A stretch of DNA of 31,764 nt, taken from the IMG/VR virus record IMGVR_UViG_3300011008_000007. One strand, given 5' to 3'. The position numbers and the translations under genes were made by a program. Below the pieces are notes generated by a model that was given only the letters and a program-made list of their open reading frames with translations, was not told the DNA's origin and searched no databases. Of this stretch, positions 16,752 through 25,434 are shown piece by piece. The stretch is from a virus (lineage: Duplodnaviria > Heunggongvirae > Uroviricota > Caudoviricetes). Within the stretch, counting starts at the first letter, position 1, and every line of letters starts with the position of its first letter.

Positions 16752-18098
16752 ATGAATGTTGCTGAAATTTCCGATATTCAAAGTGAAAGCGGATTAATCG
16801 GCACAGCATTTAGTCATCCCGAATATATTTCACACGTTGATTATTTAAAACCTAATCATTTTTATAGTACAGAAAATGCCTGTATTTATTGGGCGATTCA
16901 AGAATTGTATAAGGACGGAATCTCAAATTTCGACGCTTACAACATCTCGAATAAGCTACAAAGTCATCCAGGAGTTCAGAAAACTATTGAGAAATATAAC
17001 CTTCCCTCGGTTCAAGAGTTTATTGAATTATATAGGGAAACCGCAAGGGACACTCTGGAAGAGTTTAAAATGCTGGCTGAAAACGTTACAACTCTTGCGT
17101 ATAAAAGAGATTTATATAAATTATCAAAAAACATCGAAAAATATTGCTTTAAGAAAGATATTAATCTCGACAAACTAAACACAACCATTTATCAAGAAAT
17201 GGATGGGTTGGTTCAGCAATATTTGATGTCAGAAGAAATCCATACATTGGGCGAAGATATTGATGATATTTGGGAAGATATTGTTAGCCGAAGAACCGAA
17301 AACGGAATGTATGGAATCCCATCTAAATTTCCAAGTTTCATTGATTACTTCACATATGAACCAGGCGAGTTAGTAATTATCCAAGCCAAATACAAACAAG
17401 GCAAATCTGTGTTTTTAATGAATGAAGTAGTACACAAACTAAAAAATGGTATTGCCACTTTGGTTGTTGATAGTGAAATGCCGACGAGATTGTATGTTGA
17501 AAGGCTATTATCTCATTTGACCGGCATTGAGTTAAAGAGAATTAAAAATGGCAAATACTCAGAAGAGGAATCCCAAGAAATAAAACAATGGCTTGAATGG
17601 GTTAAAAAACAACCATTCGTACATATTTATAATCCCAACCTCACTATGGAAAAACTTTATTCAATATGTAAGGTTTTGCAAAACAAAATGGATTTGGGAT
17701 TTGTTGTTTACGACTATTTGAAAAGTAACGAAACTTCTTCGAGCGATAACTATAATCTGCTTGGAGCCAAGTGTGACTTTCTTAAAAACAATATAGCTGG
17801 TGAGCTTGATATTCCAGTTTTAGCAGCTTGTCAGTTGAATAGAAATGGTGAAGTTGCCGACTCAATGAAGATTAATCGTTATCTTTCAGTGGGAATTAAA
17901 TGGGAATATAAAACCCAAGAAATGATTGCAAAAGACGGACTGCAATGTGGTAACGCATACGCAAAAATCTATGTCAATCGCTTGGGGAGACAAATGCAAG
18001 AAGATGATGCTTCGGATTACATTGATTTCGTATTTTCCGGCGAAACAATGACGATTGTTGAAGCAGAACAACACAATATTGAGGACGCAGAATTTTAA
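16752..18098 (+). CDS. DnaB-like replicative helicase
   Basis: N-terminal ESGLIGT..SHP; Walker A variant AKYKQGKS; DSEM, VYDYLK and ACQLNR. Confidence 0.88.
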   Translation: MNVAEISDIQSESGLIGTAFSHPEYISHVDYLKPNHFYSTENACIYWAIQELYKDGISNFDAYNISNKLQSHPGVQKTIEKYNLPSVQEFIELYRETARDTLEEFKMLAENVTTLAYKRDLYKLSKNIEKYCFKKDINLDKLNTTIYQEMDGLVQQYLMSEEIHTLGEDIDDIWEDIVSRRTENGMYGIPSKFPSFIDYFTYEPGELVIIQAKYKQGKSVFLMNEVVHKLKNGIATLVVDSEMPTRLYVERLLSHLTGIELKRIKNGKYSEEESQEIKQWLEWVKKQPFVHIYNPNLTMEKLYSICKVLQNKMDLGFVVYDYLKSNETSSSDNYNLLGAKCDFLKNNIAGELDIPVLAACQLNRNGEVADSMKINRYLSVGIKWEYKTQEMIAKDGLQCGNAYAKIYVNRLGRQMQEDDASDYIDFVFSGETMTIVEAEQHNIEDAEF

Positions 18099-18114
18099 GG
18101 GCAGGTGATATTCG

Positions 18115-19131
18115 TTGGTAGAAGTATATGATGATGAAACATTAACACAAATCAACGAAAATGTTAGCCTATTAGATTATGCCAGTCAATCATTAGATTT
18201 TGTTCAACAAGGAAATGATGAGTTTTTTGCTCATTGTCCGAAGCACGTTGACGAAACACCCTCTCTTTCAATTACTCCATCTACAAATTCATTTTACTGT
18301 TTTTCTTGCCATAGGTCTGGCGGTGTAATCGGCTTCCTAATGCAATATGAGAACTTAACTTTTGAGGAAGCTGTTGATAAGGCGGCAAGATTAGCCAATA
18401 TAGACCTTTCAAAAATGTGCCACTCAGCAACTATAGCTTGGTTGCGAAAAATAAAACAGTTTATTCTTAAAAAGAAACCTATATACGAACATAGAATTTT
18501 AGAACCAAAAGAGTACGAAAGATATAAACGCGAACCAATACAAGAGTGGCTAAATGAGGGTATCAAACAAGAAACTATGGACTTGTTTGGGGTTCGCGCT
18601 GACACTTATCAGAATAGAATAATCTATCCTGTTTACGATATAGATGGAAACTTAATCAATATCAAAGGAAGAACGCGCTATAAGAATTATAAGCAATTAA
18701 AAATTCCGAAATATATGAATTATTTTGAGATTGGGGTTATGGATTATTTTCAAGGCTTGAATATTGCGCTGCCTTACATAATCAAAACTAATGAGGTAAT
18801 TATATTTGAATCAATCAAATCCGTGATGAAGGCATATAGTTGGGGATATAAAAATTGTATCTCCGCTGAAAAACATACATTAACTAAAGAACAGATTAAA
18901 TTATTAGTTAAATTAAAAGTTGATGTTGTTTTTGCCTATGATTCTGATATTGATTACAACGACCATAGCGTGAAATGCGATATTGATAAATTAAAACGAT
19001 TAACGAATGTGTATATAATTCAAGACAAATCTCAACTCCTTGGCGGCAAAGAGGCAAAAAATTCTCCTGCCGACCTTGGAGAAGAGGTTTGGCAAGAGTT
19101 GTATAAGAATAAAAAGAAGGTAGTCAGATGA
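18115..19131 (+). CDS. DnaG-like primase (CHC2 zinc finger + TOPRIM)
   Basis: CPKH.D.TPS....FYCFSC; RIIYP; FESIKSV; AYDSD. Confidence 0.9.
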   Translation: MVEVYDDETLTQINENVSLLDYASQSLDFVQQGNDEFFAHCPKHVDETPSLSITPSTNSFYCFSCHRSGGVIGFLMQYENLTFEEAVDKAARLANIDLSKMCHSATIAWLRKIKQFILKKKPIYEHRILEPKEYERYKREPIQEWLNEGIKQETMDLFGVRADTYQNRIIYPVYDIDGNLINIKGRTRYKNYKQLKIPKYMNYFEIGVMDYFQGLNIALPYIIKTNEVIIFESIKSVMKAYSWGYKNCISAEKHTLTKEQIKLLVKLKVDVVFAYDSDIDYNDHSVKCDIDKLKRLTNVYIIQDKSQLLGGKEAKNSPADLGEEVWQELYKNKKKVVR

Positions 19132-19931
19132 GTAATTATACGAACGAAATTAACAATATGAAATGGTCATATTCGAGATTAACTTCTTTTGAACATTGCA
19201 AATATGAATTTTATCTTAATTACATTGTCCACGATAATGAACAATATTTATCGGAAAGCAATTTTTATGCAGAGGTAGGTATTTATGTTCACGAAATATT
19301 AGCGAAGATTTTTTCTGGCGAACTCACGCCGGAAGAAGCGTCTGAATATTACATTGAGCATTTTGATGAAAATATTTTCTATAAAACTAAGCCATCTACA
19401 ATGAAGAAAACATATGAAACCTGTGCTGATTATTTTGCGAATGTGGATTTTGATTGGCTTAACAACTATGACATTCTCGGAGTTGAAATGGAAATAGCCT
19501 TTGAGCTAAAGGGGTATAAATTTGTTGGTTACATAGATTTGCTTGTAAGAGATAAACGAGATGGGAAAATTGTCATCATCGACAATAAATCAAGTGCTTA
19601 TCCGTTTAGATTGGACGGCAAAATCAAAGCAAGGTCACAGAGAGATTTTGAAAAATATAAAAAGCAAATGTACTTGTATTCATATGGCGTTCAGAAAATG
19701 TATGGCGAAACTCCAAAAGAGATAACTTGGAATCATTTCAAAGATGGCGGCAAATTTGCAACCATTAAGTTCGACCCAGAGGAATACAAACAATCAGTTG
19801 ATTGGTTATTAGACACAATTCACGAAATTGAAAAAGAAGAAGAATTTCCTCCCAATCAAGATTTTTTCTACTGCAATAATATCTGTAATTTCCGTAATTC
19901 GTGTGAATATCAAAATGTGGGAAAGGATTAG
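19128..19931 (+). CDS. PD-(D/E)XK nuclease (AddB/Cas4-like)
   Basis: WSYSRL..F..C, G..VHE, GYIDL, IIDNKS, QMYLY and C-terminal C...C.F...C. Confidence 0.85.
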   Translation: MSNYTNEINNMKWSYSRLTSFEHCKYEFYLNYIVHDNEQYLSESNFYAEVGIYVHEILAKIFSGELTPEEASEYYIEHFDENIFYKTKPSTMKKTYETCADYFANVDFDWLNNYDILGVEMEIAFELKGYKFVGYIDLLVRDKRDGKIVIIDNKSSAYPFRLDGKIKARSQRDFEKYKKQMYLYSYGVQKMYGETPKEITWNHFKDGGKFATIKFDPEEYKQSVDWLLDTIHEIEKEEEFPPNQDFFYCNNICNFRNSCEYQNVGKD

Positions 19932-19934
19932 CCT

Positions 19935-22900
19935 ATGTACCACAATTATCATAAACACGACCATTATGGTAATCCTTGGGTAATGGATGTTGCCGTTAAA
20001 CCGAGAGATTATTGCCAAAGAGCAGTAGAGCTGGGACATAAAACTGTATTCACAACCAATCACGGAGTAACGGGAAATATTTTTGAGTGGTTAGAATTAT
20101 CCAAAGAATATGGGCTCAAAATGGTTTATGGTACTGAGGCATATTATGTCGATAATTTTGAAGAAAAAGAAAGAGGCAGACACCTAATTGTTATTGCAAA
20201 AAACAACGATGGAGTTATGCAGCTAAATGACATAATGAGCTCGGCGCATATGGAAGGATTTTATTATGTGCCGCGAATAAACAGAGAACTCTTATTTTCC
20301 TTAGAACCCAAAAATTTCGTGGTTACTTCGGCTTGCGTTGCAGGTATTTGGCAAGATAGAGAACTACTATTAGCCCTAAACCAAAAATTCAAAGGCAACT
20401 TTTTCTTAGAGTTGCAAAATCATAACTTTGCTTTACAAAAGGAATTAAATAAAGAACTACTTGCTTTATGTCAAGTAGCCCACATACCGATTATTCACGC
20501 AAACGATAGTCATTATATATCTCCAAGCGATACAAAGTATCGAGATATTCTTCTTACTGCTAAGGGTCATAAATATGACAATGAGGATGAGATGATTCTT
20601 GATTATCCGAGTGAAGATGAAATATATCGTAGATATGAAAAACAAGGGATTTTGACAAGGGCGCAAGTTGCCGAAGCATTAGAAAATACTAATATTTTTG
20701 ATGAATGTGAATCAATAACCCTTATTAACGATGATATTAAGTTGCCATCGGTAGCCGATAATCCAACCAAAGCATTATTAGATTTAATAAGAGGGCAATG
20801 GGAGATAGAAAAACACAATATCCCTAAATCCAAATGGAAAGAATATGAGGATGCAATTAATTATGAGTTCAAAATAATAAGAGATACTCATATGGAAAAC
20901 TATTTTTTAATTGACTATATCGTTGCTAAAAATGGTCAAGAAAAATATGGCGGCAAATTGACAAATACCGGTCGCGGCAGCGCCCCCTCTTTTTATACAA
21001 CAAAATTACTTGGACTAACTGATATTGACCGCATTAGCGCGCCGATTACGTTATTCCCAACGAGATTTATGTCTGTTGAAAGAATTTTGGGTTCGCGCAG
21101 CCTCCCCGACATCGACCTAAATATGGCAGATAGAGAACCGTTCATAAAAGCAACAGAAGATTTGCTCGGAAAAGAAAATTGTGCTTGGATGCTAACTTGG
21201 AAACCCCTACAGGATTCTTCTGCATTTAGAGTTTATTGTAAGGGTATAGGAAAAGATATTAGCGAATATGATGAAGTTGCAAAAAATCTAAGTGCATATG
21301 AAGACGATAAAAAATGGGCACCGATTATAGAAGAAAGCAAGATTTTGCGTGGTGTTATCGAAAGTGTGTCGGAGTCGCCTTGTTCTATGTTGTTATACTA
21401 CAAGCCTGTACGCCAAGAACTTGGCTTGGTTAGAACTAATGCGGGAGTATATTGCTGTCTTTTAGATGGTATCAATTGCGATAAATACAAATATCTAAAA
21501 AATGATTATCTCTCGGTTACTGTTTGGTCGATTATCCGCTCTGTCTGTGAATTAGCCGAAATACCAATTCCTACTATTCGAGAATTAGATAAATTGCTTG
21601 ATGACAAGGCTTTTGAAATATACGAAAAAGGTTTGACGTGTACCATAAATCAAGCTGATAGTGACTTCGCAACAGAATTAGTTAAACGATATAAACCCAA
21701 AAGTGTGTCTGAAATGTCGGCTTTTGTGGCAATTATAAGACCTGGATGTGCAAAGTTATTACAAGATTTTGTTGATAGAAAGCCTTATACAACAGGAGTT
21801 GCTGCCTTGGATGAACTTCTTATCGAGGGCAACCACAGAATGATTTATCAAGAATTGATAATGAAATATTTGATTTGGCTTGGAATACCAGAAACAGGTT
21901 CATACGACATCATCAAAAAGATTTCTAAAAAGAAGTTTAAAGAGGCAGAACTTACGGATTTGCGAAAAAAGTTGGCTAAAGGCTGGCTAAGGCAGGTTCA
22001 AACAAGTGAAGGATTTGAGGGTACTTGGGCGATAGTTCAAGACGCGGCAAGATATTCTTTTAACTCGTCGCATTCCCTATCTTATGCTTACGATAGCCTA
22101 TATGGTGCCTATTTGAAATCGCATTATCCTCTTGAATACTATACGGTTGCTTTAAACTATTATAGTGACGATTCCGAACGCACATTAAAACTTACTAATG
22201 AGCTAAGTTATTTTGGTATTTCATTAAAACCAATCAAATTTAGATATTCAAAAGGCGATTATACATTATTCAGAGAAGAAAACAGCATATATAAAGGTAT
22301 TCAAAGTATTAAAGATATGAATGCCAAAGTAGCAGATGATATATATGGGTTTAGAAACAATACATACAATAACTTTACTAAGTTATTAACAGATATTAAT
22401 GAAAAAACCACAGCAAATTCAAAGCAAATAAAAATCTTAATTGAATTAGATTTTTTTGAAGAGTTCGGAGAATCCAATAAATTGTTATCAATTTTCGAGT
22501 TCTACCACAAATACAAAAAGCGTACCACATTAAAAAAAGAAGAATTAACAAATTCATTCATAACCCTTGATGATGTGAGAGAGTGTTCCGGCAAAGAAAC
22601 GGACAAGCAATTTTCACAGGTTGATTTTACAAAATTACTTTCTTTGGTGGAAAACAAAATTCCTTATAAACCCAAAAACAACATAGATAAAATCAAAGCG
22701 CAAATTCAGTATTTAGGATATGTAGATTTTGAACCAAACCCAAACTATAAGGGTTTATTGGCTACACTTGAAGTTGATACTAAATATTCTCCTAAACTCA
22801 AAATGTACTCTTTAAAGACGGGCAAAACTTTGGATTTCAAAATCAATAAGAGAACATTTAAAAAGAATCCAATTGAAAAGGGAGACGTTATCTTAGTTCA

Positions 22901-23009
22901 AGGACACAAAGTTGAACCGAGAAAGAAAATGATAGATGGCAAATTTGTGTCAATACCAGGAACTTCCGAGAGATGGATTACTCAATATAAAAAGGTTGAT
23001 TCAATATGA
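19935..23009 (+). CDS. dnaE: DNA polymerase III alpha subunit (C-family, DnaE type)
   Basis: PHP domain (HKH, TNHG, GTEAY, NDSHY), GRGSA, PDID, FN.SH...Y and C-terminal OB. Confidence 0.92.
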   Translation: MYHNYHKHDHYGNPWVMDVAVKPRDYCQRAVELGHKTVFTTNHGVTGNIFEWLELSKEYGLKMVYGTEAYYVDNFEEKERGRHLIVIAKNNDGVMQLNDIMSSAHMEGFYYVPRINRELLFSLEPKNFVVTSACVAGIWQDRELLLALNQKFKGNFFLELQNHNFALQKELNKELLALCQVAHIPIIHANDSHYISPSDTKYRDILLTAKGHKYDNEDEMILDYPSEDEIYRRYEKQGILTRAQVAEALENTNIFDECESITLINDDIKLPSVADNPTKALLDLIRGQWEIEKHNIPKSKWKEYEDAINYEFKIIRDTHMENYFLIDYIVAKNGQEKYGGKLTNTGRGSAPSFYTTKLLGLTDIDRISAPITLFPTRFMSVERILGSRSLPDIDLNMADREPFIKATEDLLGKENCAWMLTWKPLQDSSAFRVYCKGIGKDISEYDEVAKNLSAYEDDKKWAPIIEESKILRGVIESVSESPCSMLLYYKPVRQELGLVRTNAGVYCCLLDGINCDKYKYLKNDYLSVTVWSIIRSVCELAEIPIPTIRELDKLLDDKAFEIYEKGLTCTINQADSDFATELVKRYKPKSVSEMSAFVAIIRPGCAKLLQDFVDRKPYTTGVAALDELLIEGNHRMIYQELIMKYLIWLGIPETGSYDIIKKISKKKFKEAELTDLRKKLAKGWLRQVQTSEGFEGTWAIVQDAARYSFNSSHSLSYAYDSLYGAYLKSHYPLEYYTVALNYYSDDSERTLKLTNELSYFGISLKPIKFRYSKGDYTLFREENSIYKGIQSIKDMNAKVADDIYGFRNNTYNNFTKLLTDINEKTTANSKQIKILIELDFFEEFGESNKLLSIFEFYHKYKKRTTLKKEELTNSFITLDDVRECSGKETDKQFSQVDFTKLLSLVENKIPYKPKNNIDKIKAQIQYLGYVDFEPNPNYKGLLATLEVDTKYSPKLKMYSLKTGKTLDFKINKRTFKKNPIEKGDVILVQGHKVEPRKKMIDGKFVSIPGTSERWITQYKKVDSI

Positions 23010-23248
23010 CAAATGATTATTTAGTAATTAAATTCGTCGAACAACAAATTGATTTATTTCAAATTGCAGCAAAATCCGCAAAAGAAGCAATAGAAAAATC
23101 GAATGAATACAATAAACCGAATAAGAGGTATTCACTTAAATTTATTTATGGTGAGGGCAAGATAGCATTGCCCAATCACATAGCAAATCTTTTTCTGAAA
23201 TACTTTGGTTTATTGTTCGGAAAGAACGAAATTAAGGTAGATGGATAA
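23006..23248 (+). CDS. Hypothetical protein
   Basis: 80 aa; ATGA overlap with dnaE. Confidence 0.65.
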   Translation: MTNDYLVIKFVEQQIDLFQIAAKSAKEAIEKSNEYNKPNKRYSLKFIYGEGKIALPNHIANLFLKYFGLLFGKNEIKVDG

Positions 23249-23251
23249 CAA

Positions 23252-23593
23252 ATGAATAATGAAAAATTTACATTTGAGGTTTTTGAAGAATGTATTAAAG
23301 CAATATGCGACAATTTAGATTTACAAGATTCCGTAAATGATGCAACGTATCACTACAATGATACTACTAAAGATTTGGCTCAAATAATATTTCCGACCAA
23401 CTGGATTGATTCATTGGTTCACTTATTAGAGATATTAACAAATGATAAAAATGAATGGATTTCATATTGGCTATTTGAGCTTGAAAGAGGTATGGATTAT
23501 CACGATGGTTGTGTGACAGAGGCGGATGGAACGATTATTCCTCTAAAAACCCCAAAAGACCTATGGAACTTGTTAAAAAGTGAACAAAATTGA
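23252..23593 (+). CDS. Hypothetical protein
   Basis: 113 aa; WISYWLFELERG segment. Confidence 0.75.
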   Translation: MNNEKFTFEVFEECIKAICDNLDLQDSVNDATYHYNDTTKDLAQIIFPTNWIDSLVHLLEILTNDKNEWISYWLFELERGMDYHDGCVTEADGTIIPLKTPKDLWNLLKSEQN

Positions 23594-23600
23594 CGAGTAA

Positions 23601-23618
23601 ATAAAATCATAGTTTTAT
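23601..23618. repeat. ATAAAA-N6-TTTTAT palindrome, copy 3
   Basis: ATAAAATCATAGTTTTAT, intergenic. Confidence 0.5.
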
Positions 23619-23674
23619 CGACAAAAACGCAAAAAATAACCCCCTATAATAGAGGGTTTATGAGAGGTAATGTT

Positions 23675-23917
23675 ATGAATTTGAAGCAAACACAAAAATT
23701 CCGCGAACAAGAGGCATTGTTTAAGGAATTAACCAAAAAAGAAATGGAAAGGGTACAACTTGCCGGAATGATGGCTGGAGCAACAGGAATTTGCGGAGCT
23801 GTACTTGAAAGAGCCAAAAAAGAAGGTAAAACCGATAGTGAGAAGTTGGCAAGTATAATCGAATTTTGCGAAACCTCATTATCAAATTTGCAGAAGACGG
23901 AGAAAACAAAACAATGA
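23675..23917 (+). CDS. Hypothetical protein (paralog of 9766..10155)
   Basis: GAGG RBS 7 nt before ATG 23675. Confidence 0.7.
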   Translation: MNLKQTQKFREQEALFKELTKKEMERVQLAGMMAGATGICGAVLERAKKEGKTDSEKLASIIEFCETSLSNLQKTEKTKQ

Positions 23918-24594
23918 AGATAATTAAACCAAGTTTTGAAATTCTTAATGTGATTTCTCCAAATGGACTTAATGAGCTGCAACTGATTGAAAAAGCAGCT
24001 CGAACCTGTTATCAATCTGGAGATAAAATCACAGAAGACGGAGAGAGTGCCAAAAAAATTATCTCTAACACTATTTTGAAATATGGTCACGAATCTGTTA
24101 TTGAACACGGTTCTATTACGGTTTCTCTTACTTGCGATAGGGGAATAACACACGAAATAGTTAGACATAGGCTTGCAAGCTATTCTCAGGAATCAACAAG
24201 ATATTGCAATTATTCCAATAATAAATTCGGCAACGAAATAACCTTTATTGATATTGAGAAAGGTATGGAGCTTGACCCCAAATATGATAGTTTGGATGCC
24301 GATTCTATTGGTGCTATTTATACTGAGTGGCTTAAAGCAAATGAGGACGCAGAAAAGCATTATTTCAATATGTTGGAATATGGCGCAAGTCCGCAAATTG
24401 CGCGCTCAGTATTAAACAACTCAACCAAGACAACAATTGTTATTACAATGAACCATCGTAGTTGGCGGCACTTTTTCAAACTAAGAACGTCTAAAAAAGC
24501 TCATCCGCAAATGCGAGAAATAACAATTGAAATGCTGAAGGAATTTAAGCGCTTATTCCCGACTATCTACGGAGACATAGAGGTAGAAGAATGA
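23914..24594 (+). CDS. thyX: Flavin-dependent thymidylate synthase
   Basis: GHESVIEH, DRGITHEIVRHRLASYSQESTRY (RHRx7S), ARSVL and AHPQMR. Start set at ATG 23914. Confidence 0.95.
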   Translation: MKIIKPSFEILNVISPNGLNELQLIEKAARTCYQSGDKITEDGESAKKIISNTILKYGHESVIEHGSITVSLTCDRGITHEIVRHRLASYSQESTRYCNYSNNKFGNEITFIDIEKGMELDPKYDSLDADSIGAIYTEWLKANEDAEKHYFNMLEYGASPQIARSVLNNSTKTTIVITMNHRSWRHFFKLRTSKKAHPQMREITIEMLKEFKRLFPTIYGDIEVEE

Positions 24595-24848
24595 GGCAAT
24601 ATGAAGACGAGTGTGTAAGCTGCGGTTTGCCGTGTTTGGGTAATAATTGTCCAAATCGCAAGGTGTTGAGAATATATTGCGATAAGTGTAAAGACTATGC
24701 CGATTATAGTTTTGATGACGAGGATTTGTGTGCAGACTGCCTTGAAAAAGAATTAAATAATGAATTGGTTAATATGCCATTAACCGATAAAATTGCGGCA
24801 TATAAAGTGGTTTACGACTGTGAAATAGAAGATTTAATTAAGTGGTGA
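24591..24848 (+). CDS. Cys-rich putative zinc-binding hypothetical protein
   Basis: CVSCGLPC...CP...CDKC...C.DC. Confidence 0.7.
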   Translation: MRQYEDECVSCGLPCLGNNCPNRKVLRIYCDKCKDYADYSFDDEDLCADCLEKELNNELVNMPLTDKIAAYKVVYDCEIEDLIKW

Positions 24849-24852
24849 TTTT

Positions 24853-25434
24853 TTGATAATTATTTTAGGAAAATCAGCTTCGGGAAAATCTACATTACAA
24901 GACAATCTAATCAAAGAACATCCTGAGTATCATAAAGTGGTTACATATACAACGCGTCCAATGCGTGAGGGGGAAGTAGATGGTGTTAATTATCATTTTA
25001 TTTCTCAAAAAATGTTTGATAGCTTTATCGAACAAGGTTTCTTCGTGGAATATGCGCAATATAGAGATTGGTCTTATGGCACGGCAAAAACCGATTGTGA
25101 GGATGACAATGCTGTTGCAGTATTGACTCCTGCCGGACTAAGAGCGTTAAAAAGATTAGGTTATGACGTTACTTCTATTTATATCCACATAGATAGAAGA
25201 ACCCAACTGATTAGTATTCTTAACCGTGGAGATGACATTGACGAGGCTTATCGTCGTTGTTTATCTGATGTTGGTCAGTTCGATGCAGTAGATAAAGAAG
25301 TTGATTATGTAATTGACAACACAAAATTTAAGTTAAGTAAACAAGAAGTATTAAATCTGTTGGAAGAATATTTGAATATAAAAAGTTCCCCCGAATGGGA
25401 GCAATTAACGTTGTTTAATAAGGAGCAGAAATGA
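24853..25434 (+). CDS. gmk: Guanylate kinase-like nucleotide kinase
   Basis: GKSASGKS, TYTTRPMREGEVDGVNYHF and YGT. Confidence 0.88.
   Translation: MIIILGKSASGKSTLQDNLIKEHPEYHKVVTYTTRPMREGEVDGVNYHFISQKMFDSFIEQGFFVEYAQYRDWSYGTAKTDCEDDNAVAVLTPAGLRALKRLGYDVTSIYIHIDRRTQLISILNRGDDIDEAYRRCLSDVGQFDAVDKEVDYVIDNTKFKLSKQEVLNLLEEYLNIKSSPEWEQLTLFNKEQK

Noticed and set aside
19128-19931. Cas4 / CRISPR system
   Set aside because: No repeat-spacer array or other cas genes are in the window. The gene sits between primase and DnaE like a typical phage PD-(D/E)XK nuclease.
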